From an uncultured Rhizobium sp. (GTDB lineage Bacteria > Pseudomonadota > Alphaproteobacteria > SMXQ01), in assembly GCA_964628235.1 (NCBI GenBank), contig CAZVLU010000012.1:9108-73107 (forward strand): a stretch of DNA of 64,000 nt. The letters run 5' to 3'. Below, one piece after another: positions 1 through 8,647 of the stretch. Position numbers and translations under genes: made by a program. The notes under the pieces were generated by a model. It was not told the origin of the DNA and did not search any database. It saw only the letters and a program-made list of their open reading frames with translations. Positions within the stretch are counted from its first letter, which is position 1. The number at the start of each line of letters is the position of its first letter.

Positions 1-1
1 C

Positions 2-481
2 GGCGCGCGGCAAACCTTGCGCGGCAGCGATATCAGCCAATTCACCGGCATCGCCGATATCGCGGCCTTCAGCAAAATAGGCAGCGAACAAGGCTTCAGC
101 GATCGCGTCGCCAGCTCTATCGGCTGCTGGGCTTTGCCGTTGCACCCAATCGACCAATCGATGGGCGGCAAGGGTGTTCGGCATCCGAACGATGCGGTCA
201 AAAACGAACCGCAGCCCCTCGGCCGCTCCCTCTTTGGCCAGGCGGTCATGGATGAAGGCGACCCGGTCGGCGCCGCCGAGCTTCCAGTTGAGATAAGCGT
301 CGCGCTCCATGCCCTCGGGCGGCATCGTCGGATTGAGCTGGAAGGGACGCCAGGAGTGCTCCAACTGCCCGGCATCGCTACTGCCAGCTTTATCGCGCCA
401 CAGCGCTGCGGCGCGCTCCAGCCTGCGCTTGCCGATGTAGCACCAGGGACAGACGAAATCGGCGTAAATGGCGATCTGCAT
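2..481 (-). CDS. DsbA/FrnE-family thiol-disulfide oxidoreductase (partial, runs off left edge)
   Basis: Not in the ORF track. Manual translation from ATG at 481 gives MQIAIYADFVCPWCYIGKRRLE...WRPFQLNPTMPPEG...PNTLAAHRL, a CPWC motif with FrnE-like context. Confidence 0.85.
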   Translation of the reverse strand, partial: MQIAIYADFVCPWCYIGKRRLERAAALWRDKAGSSDAGQLEHSWRPFQLNPTMPPEGMERDAYLNWKLGGADRVAFIHDRLAKEGAAEGLRFVFDRIVRMPNTLAAHRLVDWVQRQSPAADRAGDAIAEALFAAYFAEGRDIGDAGELADIAAAQGLPRA

Positions 482-649
482 GATCAATCGCTTGCGGCGC
501 GGAAGATGCCTAAAAAGCGATATTTATCAGACTTTAGAGATAAAGCTTTCTTTAAGTTTATCGCTTTAAGGTAACAGATCGTTGCCACAGGCCGTTTCAG
601 ACAGCCGGCGGTTCTTAACGCCATCCATATCCCTGTCCCCGATCCCCCT

Positions 650-1927
650 ATGCCCGTCGGAAGTCTTGCCATTACGCTGCGTCGCCATCGGGATTTTCTC
701 GAAGGCAAGCAAGGTGGCTTGCGCGCAAACCTGACCGGCATGAGCCTGTCCGGACTCAATCTGAATAGTTTGGTGCTGCGCAGCGCCGTCGCCGCGACGA
801 CCAATTTCAGCCGCAGCATGCTGGTTGGTACCGACCTCAGTTTCGCCGATCTGTTCCGCGCCGACTTGCAACATTGCAATCTCACTGGCGCTAATCTATT
901 CCGCGCCGATCTTAAGGGCGCGCGCATGCGTGGCGCCAAGCTGACCGAGGCTAACCTTAACGAGGCTGACCTGCGCGCCGGCGCATATCTCGACACTTTA
1001 CCGGAAGACGCCGCCACCGATCTGCGCCATGCGCGGCTCGACCGCGCCGAACTGCGTAAGGCCAATCTTTCTCAGGTGCGTCTGAATGAGGCTTCCATGG
1101 TCGAGGCCAATCTGCAAGACGCCGTACTGTACGGCACAGACCTCAGCGACGTGAACCTCGCCGACGCCAACCTGTCGTCTGCCAAGCTAAAGGGCGCCAA
1201 TCTCTCAGGCGCCAACCTCTCGGGTGCCAATCTCGAAAGCGCGACCTTCCAAGGCTGCAATCTGCAGGGCGTGCGCTTGACCGGCGCCAAGCTGCACGGC
1301 GCCGATTTCTCCAACGTCGATCTCAGCGGCACCATCACCGCCCGCCGGCCGGAAAGCCTGCCGCTCGACATCCAGAAAATTCTGCGCGCCCATATGAGTT
1401 GGATCGAAAGCAACGGCGCGAAAGGCGAACGCGCCGATCTGCGCAAATGCGATCTCAGCGAAATCAGCCTCGAGGGCATGAACTTCAACGGCGCGATCTT
1501 CATTCAGGCCGACTTGCGCGGCGCGATCCTGACAAAGTGCAAATTCCTGCTCGCCGACCTGTCAGGCGCGGACTTGACGCACGCCAACCTGATGGGCGCC
1601 GATTTGATGGGCGCAAATCTTTCGGGGGCTAATCTCAGCCGCGCACGTCTGCGCCGCACCAATATGGGCCCGGCGACGATCTGGCGGCCGGACGGGCAGA
1701 ACGCCGCCCGCCTATGGTCGGTCAACCTCAGCCGCGCCAATTTGGTTTTTGCCGATTTATCGGAAAGCAATCTGAAGGAAGCGAACCTGATGGACGCCGA
1801 TCTGCGCGGCGCCGATTTGACAGACGCCGACCTAGAAGAGGCCAATCTGCGGCGCGCCAACATTCAAGACACCATCATCGATCCCGAACTGGCCCAGACG
1901 CTGGCCGCCGCGATCAACAAAGCCTAG
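650..1927 (+). CDS. Pentapeptide repeat protein
   Basis: Tandem A(D/N)Lxx repeats in two blocks, separated by ILRAHMSWIESNGAKGERADL. Confidence 0.92.
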   Translation: MPVGSLAITLRRHRDFLEGKQGGLRANLTGMSLSGLNLNSLVLRSAVAATTNFSRSMLVGTDLSFADLFRADLQHCNLTGANLFRADLKGARMRGAKLTEANLNEADLRAGAYLDTLPEDAATDLRHARLDRAELRKANLSQVRLNEASMVEANLQDAVLYGTDLSDVNLADANLSSAKLKGANLSGANLSGANLESATFQGCNLQGVRLTGAKLHGADFSNVDLSGTITARRPESLPLDIQKILRAHMSWIESNGAKGERADLRKCDLSEISLEGMNFNGAIFIQADLRGAILTKCKFLLADLSGADLTHANLMGADLMGANLSGANLSRARLRRTNMGPATIWRPDGQNAARLWSVNLSRANLVFADLSESNLKEANLMDADLRGADLTDADLEEANLRRANIQDTIIDPELAQTLAAAINKA

Positions 1928-1976
1928 TCGCTCCAGAGGAGCGCGCGGCCTAAGGCGCTCCAGCGGAGCGCAAGCG

Positions 1977-2504
1977 CTAGCGGGCTCTGCCCTCGCGCTG
2001 ACGCTGCACGTAGCAACATAACAGATGGGTGACGGTCTGGCCGTCCTCCGAGAGCGGCAAAGCGACGCGGTCGAACTCGATGAACGCGCGCCCTACCACA
2101 GACAACGACGCCGTACGGAAATCCGGCAGGCGCGTCGCGACGATGGCGCGGAAGCGATCGAGCATGGCCGCCAATTCCTCGCCTTCGCCCATCTCGCCGA
2201 CCAACAGGCCCTTGAGCGGGCGGTCGTGCGCTTCCTCGATCTGCGAGCCGGCAAGGCGGATGCGAAAGTCCTGCCCGCCGTCGACGACCTCGAGAATCAT
2301 CAACACACTCAAGCAGTCATAGACCTCCACCGGATCGATATCGCGACGCGCCGGCAAGGCGTCGCCAATGCGTTTGCCTGACCAATAGTCATAAATTTTG
2401 CGGATTTTTGGATCGGACAGCGCCCGCCGCTGCGCCTCTGCGTCGTTCACCGCTGTCGGGCCGGCAAGGGACGGGGGCCGCTGATCAGCGACCATCTGAC
2501 GCAA
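1977..2504 (-). CDS. PAS-domain (PAS_5-like) protein
   Basis: YDYW...LPARRDIDP...FRIRLAG...RVALPLSEDG signature of alphaproteobacterial PAS_5 proteins. Confidence 0.8.
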   Translation of the reverse strand: MRQMVADQRPPSLAGPTAVNDAEAQRRALSDPKIRKIYDYWSGKRIGDALPARRDIDPVEVYDCLSVLMILEVVDGGQDFRIRLAGSQIEEAHDRPLKGLLVGEMGEGEELAAMLDRFRAIVATRLPDFRTASLSVVGRAFIEFDRVALPLSEDGQTVTHLLCCYVQRQREGRAR

Positions 2505-2697
2505 CCGCCAAAACGCAACGCGAAAAGAACGCCATCAAAACTGAACCTTCTACAGGGCACGCAATACGCATGACTCAGTCACAATGAGTGTCATAATTCA
2601 TACAAGCCCCCTGTGCAAGCTAGGTAGCGGCTCATTGGGATAGGAACAAAGGGGAGGTGACAGGCGCGGAAAAAAGCCCTAATTCTCACGCCGTTTC

Positions 2698-2787
2698 GGA
2701 GGGGTGGCCGAGCGGTTTAAGGCACCGGTCTTGAAAACCGGCGGGGGTTCACGCCTCCCGTGGGTTCGAATCCCACCCCCTCCGCCA
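2698..2787 (+). tRNA. tRNA-Ser(TGA)
   Basis: GGAGGGG/CCCCTCC acceptor stem, anticodon arm CCGGT-CTTGAAA-ACCGG, long variable arm, GGTTCGAATCC T-loop, encoded CCA; 90 nt. Confidence 0.97.
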
Positions 2788-2916
2788 CGCACCCCTCACA
2801 CTTGTCTCTGCACAAGCGATGGCGCGCCAAGGGCGCGTAACAGGGGCGGTATTTCCGCTCAATCCTATTCGGCTACGGTTCGTGCGCTCTTCATTGCGGG
2901 GTATCGCGGCGAAGAT
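2782..2916 (+). repeat. tRNA 3' end plus element left-end sequence (att-like), copy 1
   Basis: 2782-2849 matches 44041-44108 at 65/68 nt by manual alignment; weaker similarity continues to about 2916/44176. Confidence 0.85.
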
Positions 2917-2954
2917 TGCGGGCGCGTCTCTGGCGGTCCGGGGCGCGGGTGAGT

Positions 2955-3176
2955 TTCCCTGTTATGCAGCGATTAACAGGGAATATTTTCGTTTTTGGCC
3001 CCAAAAACAGGGTCTCCGGCAAGGTAGCGCCGTCGCGTCGCTAAAATCTCGTCGCTAATTCAGAGAGTTACGCGCGTAAAAACCACTTTCCTGTTATTGG
3101 TCATAACAGGGAATTTAGAACGTCATAACAGGCAATTTTACCTACATAACAGGGTGCATCTTGCAAATAACAGGAA
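2955..3176. repeat. (A)TAACAGG repeat array (inverted pairs plus four phased direct repeats)
   Basis: IR pair 2955-2964/2974-2983; inverted copy 3088-3097; ATAACAGG starting at 3103, 3125, 3146 and 3167 (22/21/21 nt spacing). Confidence 0.85.
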
Positions 3177-3186
3177 GATGCGCGCT

Positions 3187-4803
3187 TCAGCTAATTGAGC
3201 TGTCTGCCGCGTCGGATGATGCGCCGCCGAGCGCCTCAAGCATGGCCGCTTGTTCGGACCACAGTATCGGCATGGGTCGGCGCATCAGATGCTCGAGAGT
3301 GAGTCCTGGCGGCTGTTCGCCGGCGAGAATCGCGCGTTGCAGATCGGGCGCCAGAAACGCCAGTTGCACGAGACGACGGCGATAGGGCGTGGCGGGGGCT
3401 GCATCTAGAATCGGAAGACCCGCGGCGTCGTTTTGCAAATGCGCATGAGCATTGCGCAACGCCTTAATCAGAACGGGATCGCGCCGCGCCGCGATGCGCG
3501 CGCCGCCGACGATCCAGCTCCGCCCGCCGCGCAGGCGCATGCGAATCGGCAGGACGAGACGTAGCTGCGCGGGGTCGGCGGCGTCTGGCGCCATCGTCTC
3601 GCCCTGTTGAAGCCGCGCGCGCATGGCGGCGAGCAAGCCGACGGGCATCAGCAGCTGCAGCGAGTCGGTATGGACCTCGATGCGCGTCAGAAGCGACAGA
3701 GGATTGTCGCCGCTGGCCGGCGCGAGACGCCGGATGGCGGCGCTCACCATGGACTCGAGCGCCGGTCCGGGCACGCGGTGGATGCCGTCCTTGTCAGCCG
3801 GCCGGCGTCCTTGCTGCAGCGGCGCCGACACGTAATAGCGATAGGCCTGCCCGCGCTTGCCGCGGGTGAAGGACGGGCTCATCGGCTGGCCGTCGCCATC
3901 GAAAATGCGCCCCGTCAGCGGCGCCCGCGTCGCTTGGTCTTTGCCGGCCTCGTGACGGCGCTGATTGGCATCGAGCTTCTGCTGCACGGCGTCGAACAGG
4001 GCGGCATCGACGATGGGGAGATGTAGGCCGGGATGCGTCTTGTCCTTATGGGTGATCAGCCCGAGATAGATCTGGTTGCGCAGCAGGTAGAACAAAGCGC
4101 CGCGATTGAGCGGCAGCCCGCCGAGGACCTTGCCGCCCTGCGTAGTGCGCTGCTTCGAGCGAACGCCCTCGGCCTCCAGGCGGCGCTGCAGAGCATGGAC
4201 CGAGCCCAGCTCAAGATAGGCCTCGAAGATCGAGCGGACCGTGGCCGCCTCGGCCTCGTTCACGACAAGCGCGCGCGAGTTGTTCTGCGGCAGATCGTAG
4301 CCGAGCGGGACGTTGCCGCCCATCCACATGCCCTTCTGCTTGGAGGCCGCGATCTTGTCGCGGATGCGCTCGCCGGTCACCTCGCGCTCGAATTGGGCGA
4401 AGGACAGCAGCACATTGAGCGTCAAGCGGCCCATGCTCGATGTGGTGTTGAAGGCCTGGGTAACGCTGACGAAGCTGATCTCGTGGCGGTCGAACAGTTC
4501 GACCATGCGGGCGAAGTCCGCCAGAGAGCGGGTCAGCCGGTCGATCTTATAGACCACCACCACGTCGACCTTGCCGGCGGCGATGTCGGCCAGAAGGCGC
4601 CGCAGCGCCGGCCGCTCCATTGAGCCGCCCGACCAGCCGCCGTCGTCATAGAGGGCGGGAAGGGCGCGCCAACCTTCGCTCTTCTGGCTTTTGACAAAGG
4701 CCTCGCAAGCCTCGCGTTGGGCATCGAGTGAGTTGAACGCCTGGTCGAGCCCTTCCTCAGTGCTTTTACGGGTATAGAGCGCGCAGCGCTTGATCGCCTT
4801 CAT
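3187..4803 (-). CDS. Large serine recombinase/integrase (resolvase plus recombinase domains)
   Basis: N-terminal ALYTRKST catalytic Ser motif, VVYKIDRLTRS, FAQFERE, GGNVPLGY; 538 aa. Confidence 0.93.
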   Translation of the reverse strand: MKAIKRCALYTRKSTEEGLDQAFNSLDAQREACEAFVKSQKSEGWRALPALYDDGGWSGGSMERPALRRLLADIAAGKVDVVVVYKIDRLTRSLADFARMVELFDRHEISFVSVTQAFNTTSSMGRLTLNVLLSFAQFEREVTGERIRDKIAASKQKGMWMGGNVPLGYDLPQNNSRALVVNEAEAATVRSIFEAYLELGSVHALQRRLEAEGVRSKQRTTQGGKVLGGLPLNRGALFYLLRNQIYLGLITHKDKTHPGLHLPIVDAALFDAVQQKLDANQRRHEAGKDQATRAPLTGRIFDGDGQPMSPSFTRGKRGQAYRYYVSAPLQQGRRPADKDGIHRVPGPALESMVSAAIRRLAPASGDNPLSLLTRIEVHTDSLQLLMPVGLLAAMRARLQQGETMAPDAADPAQLRLVLPIRMRLRGGRSWIVGGARIAARRDPVLIKALRNAHAHLQNDAAGLPILDAAPATPYRRRLVQLAFLAPDLQRAILAGEQPPGLTLEHLMRRPMPILWSEQAAMLEALGGASSDAADSSIS

Positions 4804-5207
4804 GGACGATCACGCAGGCCGAAGAAGCGCGGTCCGTTCCAGCGCACTCCCGCGATGGCGGTCGCGGCGGCCGACAAGCTCGGATAGAGCCGACCCTGCC
4901 AGCGAAAGCCCGCCGCCTCAACCTCCACCTCGACGGTGCGGCCCTGCCATTCGCGCCGGAGCCGCGCGCCGACGCCCAGTTGCAGCCCCTCGGCCGCGAC
5001 CGCACCGCGGCGCTTGATTTGTCGGCGCGTGGCGCGGTCGAGAGCGCCCAGCATCTCGGCCTGAAGCCGCCAAGCCAGCATCAGCCGCATAAGCTCGGCC
5101 GAGCGCAGCGGCGGCGGCGCGCCATAGCGTGCCTGCCAGATGGCACGCAGCCCCTCAAGGTCGAGGCTTCTGAGAGCCTCGACCTCGCGCACCACCGCGT
5201 CGCTCAT
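4800..5207 (-). CDS. DUF2924-family protein
   Basis: G.RLRREWQG...Y.SLSAAATAIAG.RWNGPRFFGL motif; likely start MSDAVV at 5207; overlaps the recombinase start by 4 nt. Confidence 0.8.
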   Translation of the reverse strand: MSDAVVREVEALRSLDLEGLRAIWQARYGAPPPLRSAELMRLMLAWRLQAEMLGALDRATRRQIKRRGAVAAEGLQLGVGARLRREWQGRTVEVEVEAAGFRWQGRLYPSLSAAATAIAGVRWNGPRFFGLRDRP

Positions 5208-5527
5208 CGTTTGCCTCCGCTGCGATAGCGGCGCACCCCATCGATCTTCTCGGAGGCGATGGTCATACCGCGACGCTTGAGCGCCCCGGCGAGCGCGCCG
5301 CGAACCGAATGGGCCTGCCACTCGGTTGCCGACATCATCTCGGCGATGCTGGCGCCACTCGGCCGCAACAGCAATGCGGCCAGCCGGTCGAGCTTGCTGG
5401 CGGACGCGGGCAGGGCGGGCGGTGTGGCAGGCCCCGCCTTGGCCTTGCGCGGACGGGGTTTGCCGGGCTTTGCGGTCTTGGAATCGGGCTTCGGATTAGC
5501 CTTCAGATTCGGCTTCACATCGGTCAT
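5204..5527 (-). CDS. DUF3489-family protein (winged-HTH-like)
   Basis: SKLDRLAALLLRPSGASIAEMMSATEWQAHSVRGALAG...SEKIDGVRRYR motif; 4-nt overlap with the DUF2924 gene. Confidence 0.8.
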   Translation of the reverse strand: MTDVKPNLKANPKPDSKTAKPGKPRPRKAKAGPATPPALPASASKLDRLAALLLRPSGASIAEMMSATEWQAHSVRGALAGALKRRGMTIASEKIDGVRRYRSGGKR

Positions 5528-5683
5528 TTCGATCTCCTCGCTAAGGCGACGGCAAGAGCGCCGCCGCTACCGCAAAGAGCCCGTCAGGCCGGGAGGGGTC
5601 CAATGACGCTTCGTTGCGGCGGGAAGTCGAGAGCAATCAAAAGCGCTTGATGTTCATGTTATGTTCTTTTATAATATGCCCTT

Positions 5684-5910
5684 ATGGATAGGCCCGCTTG
5701 TACAGCCCCGACCGTTCTCACGGTCACCTATTGGCCGGTCGAGAACCTCGTTCCGGACCCCCGCAATGTGCGCACGCACCCCAAACGCCAGATCGATCAG
5801 ATCGTCTCCTCGATCAAGAGCTTCGGCTTCGGCTTCACCAGCCCGATCCTGATCGATCCAGACGGCGCCATCATCGCCGGGCATGGTCGGCTTCTCGCCG
5901 CCAAGGCCAG
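5684..5910 (+). pseudogene. Truncated ParB-N domain gene (5' part of a ParB-N/DNA methyltransferase-type gene)
   Basis: LVPDPRNVRTHPKRQIDQIVSSIKSFGF..PILID..GAIIAGHGRLLAAK, after which similarity is lost. Confidence 0.7.
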
Positions 5911-6045
5911 GCTACATTCCCTTCCCAAACCTTGCGCGACATGTTCTCCGGGGCGGCGCTTCCGCATGTCACCGGGAGGACGATCAAAACACGGAGCCAA
6001 TTCGATCGTCAGCTAAAAAGCATCCGGGAAAGCGGCTACGCGTAG
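5911..6045 (+). pseudogene. IclR-family regulator effector-domain fragment
   Basis: The frame of ORF 5698..6045 ends LPHVTGRTIKTRSQFDRQLKSIRESGYA, resembling the IclR T..TI...L..IR..GYA motif. Confidence 0.5.
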
Positions 6046-6122
6046 CAATCTGCCGAGTGGCGTGCGCCATAAACGCGACCGTGCTAGCCTCACAGATATT
6101 TTGACAAGTTGAGGACCGTTTG

Positions 6123-7088
6123 ATGGCTGACGTTTTGGATGTTGTGGTCTCATCCGTGAAGACCGAGGCTCATTGCATCAAATCCTGGGAGTTTCGTCTG
6201 CCGGGAGGCGGCGATTTGCCATCGTTCACAGCAGGCGCTCACATTGATCTTCATCTCGGCAACGGGATGATTCGCAGCTACTCACTCTGCAATTCGCCAG
6301 CCGAGGCGGCGCGTTATGTCGTCGCCATCAATAAGGATGCAAACAGCCGCGGCGGATCGAAGTACATCCATGAAACCCTAAAGACCGGGGATACAATCAA
6401 GATTTCGCGTCCGCGAAACAATTTTCCGCTCGCGGAAAATGCTTCACACACGCTTTTGATCGCCGGAGGCATCGGCATTACGCCGATGCTAAGCATGATG
6501 CATCGCTTGAAAGCGCTGGGACGTTCCTGGGAGCTTCATTACAGCGCGCGCACTAGGGAGCTGTGCGCTTTTCAGGACGAACTGCAGAGCTTCGAGTGCG
6601 GCAATCCGCAGCGCGTGCATATTAACTACGACCATGAAGCCGGCAATGCGCCGACGGACATCGCGGCGCTGCTTCGCACCGCAAGCGACCAGACGCATTT
6701 TTACTGCTGCGGTCCGAACGGCATGCTTAAGGCGTTCGAAGAGGCGGCCCGCGCGACTAGCATCTCTCCTGAGCGGGTCCACGTTGAATATTTCACGGCG
6801 AAGGAAGAGACCGCTGTGGAGGGGGGCTTCGCGGTAGTGTTGCGTAAGAGCGCTCTCACGCTCGAGGTGCAGGCTGGTCATACCATTCTCGACGCTTTGA
6901 TTGCGCATCAGGTCGACGTTCCCTTCTCTTGCATGGAGGGGATCTGCGGAACTTGCGTCGTAGAGGTGCTAGAAGGTGTGCCGGATCATCGCGACTCAGT
7001 CCTCACGCCGCAGGAACGCGCTTCGAACAAGAAAATCACGGTTTGCTGCTCGGGCAGCAAAACAGCCCGCCTTGTTCTCGATCTTTGA
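6123..7088 (+). CDS. PDR/VanB-family oxygenase reductase (FMN/NAD plus C-terminal [2Fe-2S])
   Basis: RSYSLC, GGIGITP, CMEGICGTC...CCS; RBS GAGGA upstream. Confidence 0.93.
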   Translation: MADVLDVVVSSVKTEAHCIKSWEFRLPGGGDLPSFTAGAHIDLHLGNGMIRSYSLCNSPAEAARYVVAINKDANSRGGSKYIHETLKTGDTIKISRPRNNFPLAENASHTLLIAGGIGITPMLSMMHRLKALGRSWELHYSARTRELCAFQDELQSFECGNPQRVHINYDHEAGNAPTDIAALLRTASDQTHFYCCGPNGMLKAFEEAARATSISPERVHVEYFTAKEETAVEGGFAVVLRKSALTLEVQAGHTILDALIAHQVDVPFSCMEGICGTCVVEVLEGVPDHRDSVLTPQERASNKKITVCCSGSKTARLVLDL

Positions 7089-7114
7089 CCGGAGCGGACT
7101 TAGCAGGTGCATTC

Positions 7115-7137
7115 ATTGACTCTGAATCAACGTTGAC
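7115..7137. promoter_or_regulatory. Candidate operator ATTGAC-N5-ATCAAC-GTTGAC upstream of the Rieske operon
   Basis: Three TTGAY half-sites in inverted and direct arrangement in the intergenic region. Confidence 0.35.
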
Positions 7138-7274
7138 CGATCTATACGTGTTGCCTATCTCTCTCGATGCCGAAGGGCACATCGCTTAGCGCCCGCTTAA
7201 AGCCGCGGCTCTAATGGTCGGAAGCGCGGGACTCTTGCGCAGAATCACCCAGCCTACGTGAAGGAGATCAGAGC

Positions 7275-8585
7275 ATGACACCTGAGCAGAAGATCGGCAT
7301 GCTGCGCGAACAGAACGAGCTGCTGACCAGGACTGGCCTGGGGTCTGTGATGGGGGACCTATTCCGGCGCTACTGGCTGCCGGCTCTGTTGGCGGAAGAG
7401 CTGCCTAAACCCGATTGCGATCCGGTGCGCGTCCGCTTGCTCTCGGAAGATCTGATCGCGTTTCGCGACACTGCGGGGCGTCTGGGGCTGATCGACCAGT
7501 TCTGTGCTCACCGCGGCGTGTCGCTGTGGTTCGGGCGCAACGAGGAGGGCGGGCTGCGTTGCCCGTACCATGGTTGGAAATTCGATGTCAGCGGTCAGTG
7601 CACCGAAGTGCCGTCGCAGCCCGCCCAAACGGGCTTCTGCCAGAAGATCAAGCTCAAGTCTTATCCGCTCGTCGAGCGCGGCGGTATCTTGTGGACCTAC
7701 ATGGGGCCGCCGGAGCATCAGCCCGAATTGCCGGAGTTCGAATTCGCCTTGGTCGGCCCGCGTCAGCGCTTCATCTCGAAACGGCTGCAGGAGAACAACT
7801 ATCTTCAGGCGATGGAAGGTGGCATCGATTCCAGCCACTCCGCCTGGCTGCACCGCGGCGAGTTGAAGAGGGATCCCTTATTCAAGATCGCAGGCAAGAG
7901 CAAAGAATACAGCATGGCTGACTTCCACGTGCAGTTTGAAGTCGTGGAGTCGGAAAGCGGTCTCTGGATCGGCTCGCGTCGTAAGGCAGATAACGGCAAC
8001 TTCTACTGGCGCGTCACGCAGTGGGTCATGCCCTGCTTCACGGCGGTTCCTCCGCACGGCGACCAGTCCTCCATCCACGGACATTTCTGGGTTCCGATCG
8101 ATGACGAGCATTGTTGGGCGTGGAGCTACAACTACCACCCGCAGCGCGATCTCACCGAGGAAGAGGTCGGCTACATGAAGGACGGGTATGGCGTCCATGT
8201 GAAGCTCATTCCGGGCACTTACATTCCTGTCGCCAACAAGGACAACGACTATCTGATGGATCGCGCGTCGCAACGGGCGGGCGTCTCGTTCAGCGGTATC
8301 GACGGCATCGCCATCCAGGATTCTTCTCTGCAGGAGAGCATGGGGCCGATCCAAGATCGCACAAAGGAGAACCTGGTCGCCGCCGACAAGGGTGTGATCA
8401 TGGCCCGCCAGCAGCTCAAGAAGGCGGCGCTGGCTTTGCAGAAGGGCATCGAGCCGCCAGCCCTGGACCCCGCTACTCATCGGGTGCGGCCGGCGGCGTT
8501 GGTGCTTCCGCCCGACGTGTCATTCAAGGACGGGGCGCGGGAGGCTTTGAAGATGAGCGCAGAGCGCAAGCCCGTCGCCGTGTAG
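7275..8585 (+). CDS. Rieske oxygenase, phthalate 4,5-dioxygenase/LigXa-like (alpha-only type)
   Basis: CAH...CPYHGW Rieske motif, EGGIDSSHSAWLH Fe ligands, QDSSLQESMGPI C-terminal motif. Confidence 0.9.
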   Translation: MTPEQKIGMLREQNELLTRTGLGSVMGDLFRRYWLPALLAEELPKPDCDPVRVRLLSEDLIAFRDTAGRLGLIDQFCAHRGVSLWFGRNEEGGLRCPYHGWKFDVSGQCTEVPSQPAQTGFCQKIKLKSYPLVERGGILWTYMGPPEHQPELPEFEFALVGPRQRFISKRLQENNYLQAMEGGIDSSHSAWLHRGELKRDPLFKIAGKSKEYSMADFHVQFEVVESESGLWIGSRRKADNGNFYWRVTQWVMPCFTAVPPHGDQSSIHGHFWVPIDDEHCWAWSYNYHPQRDLTEEEVGYMKDGYGVHVKLIPGTYIPVANKDNDYLMDRASQRAGVSFSGIDGIAIQDSSLQESMGPIQDRTKENLVAADKGVIMARQQLKKAALALQKGIEPPALDPATHRVRPAALVLPPDVSFKDGAREALKMSAERKPVAV

Positions 8586-8647
8586 TGGCGCTCCGGCGCC
8601 GTGCCAACTGACCCGCGGCCCTTTCAAGCGATCAACACGGACAAGAG

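Noticed and set aside
17-574. 185-aa plus-strand ORF
   Set aside because: Antisense shadow of the CPWC DsbA/FrnE gene on the minus strand.
650-1927. Pentapeptide repeat protein as self-resistance gene (AlbG/CysO-like) for the NRPS product
   Set aside because: It lies about 55 kb away on the core side of the tRNA and is much longer than ~200-aa gyrase-protection proteins; no linkage evidence.
2704-3058. Short ORFs over and after the tRNA
   Set aside because: They overlap tRNA-Ser and the repeat region; no protein motifs.
3088-3176. CRISPR-like array
   Set aside because: Repeats are 8 bp with 13-14 nt spacers, far below CRISPR sizes, and there are no cas genes.
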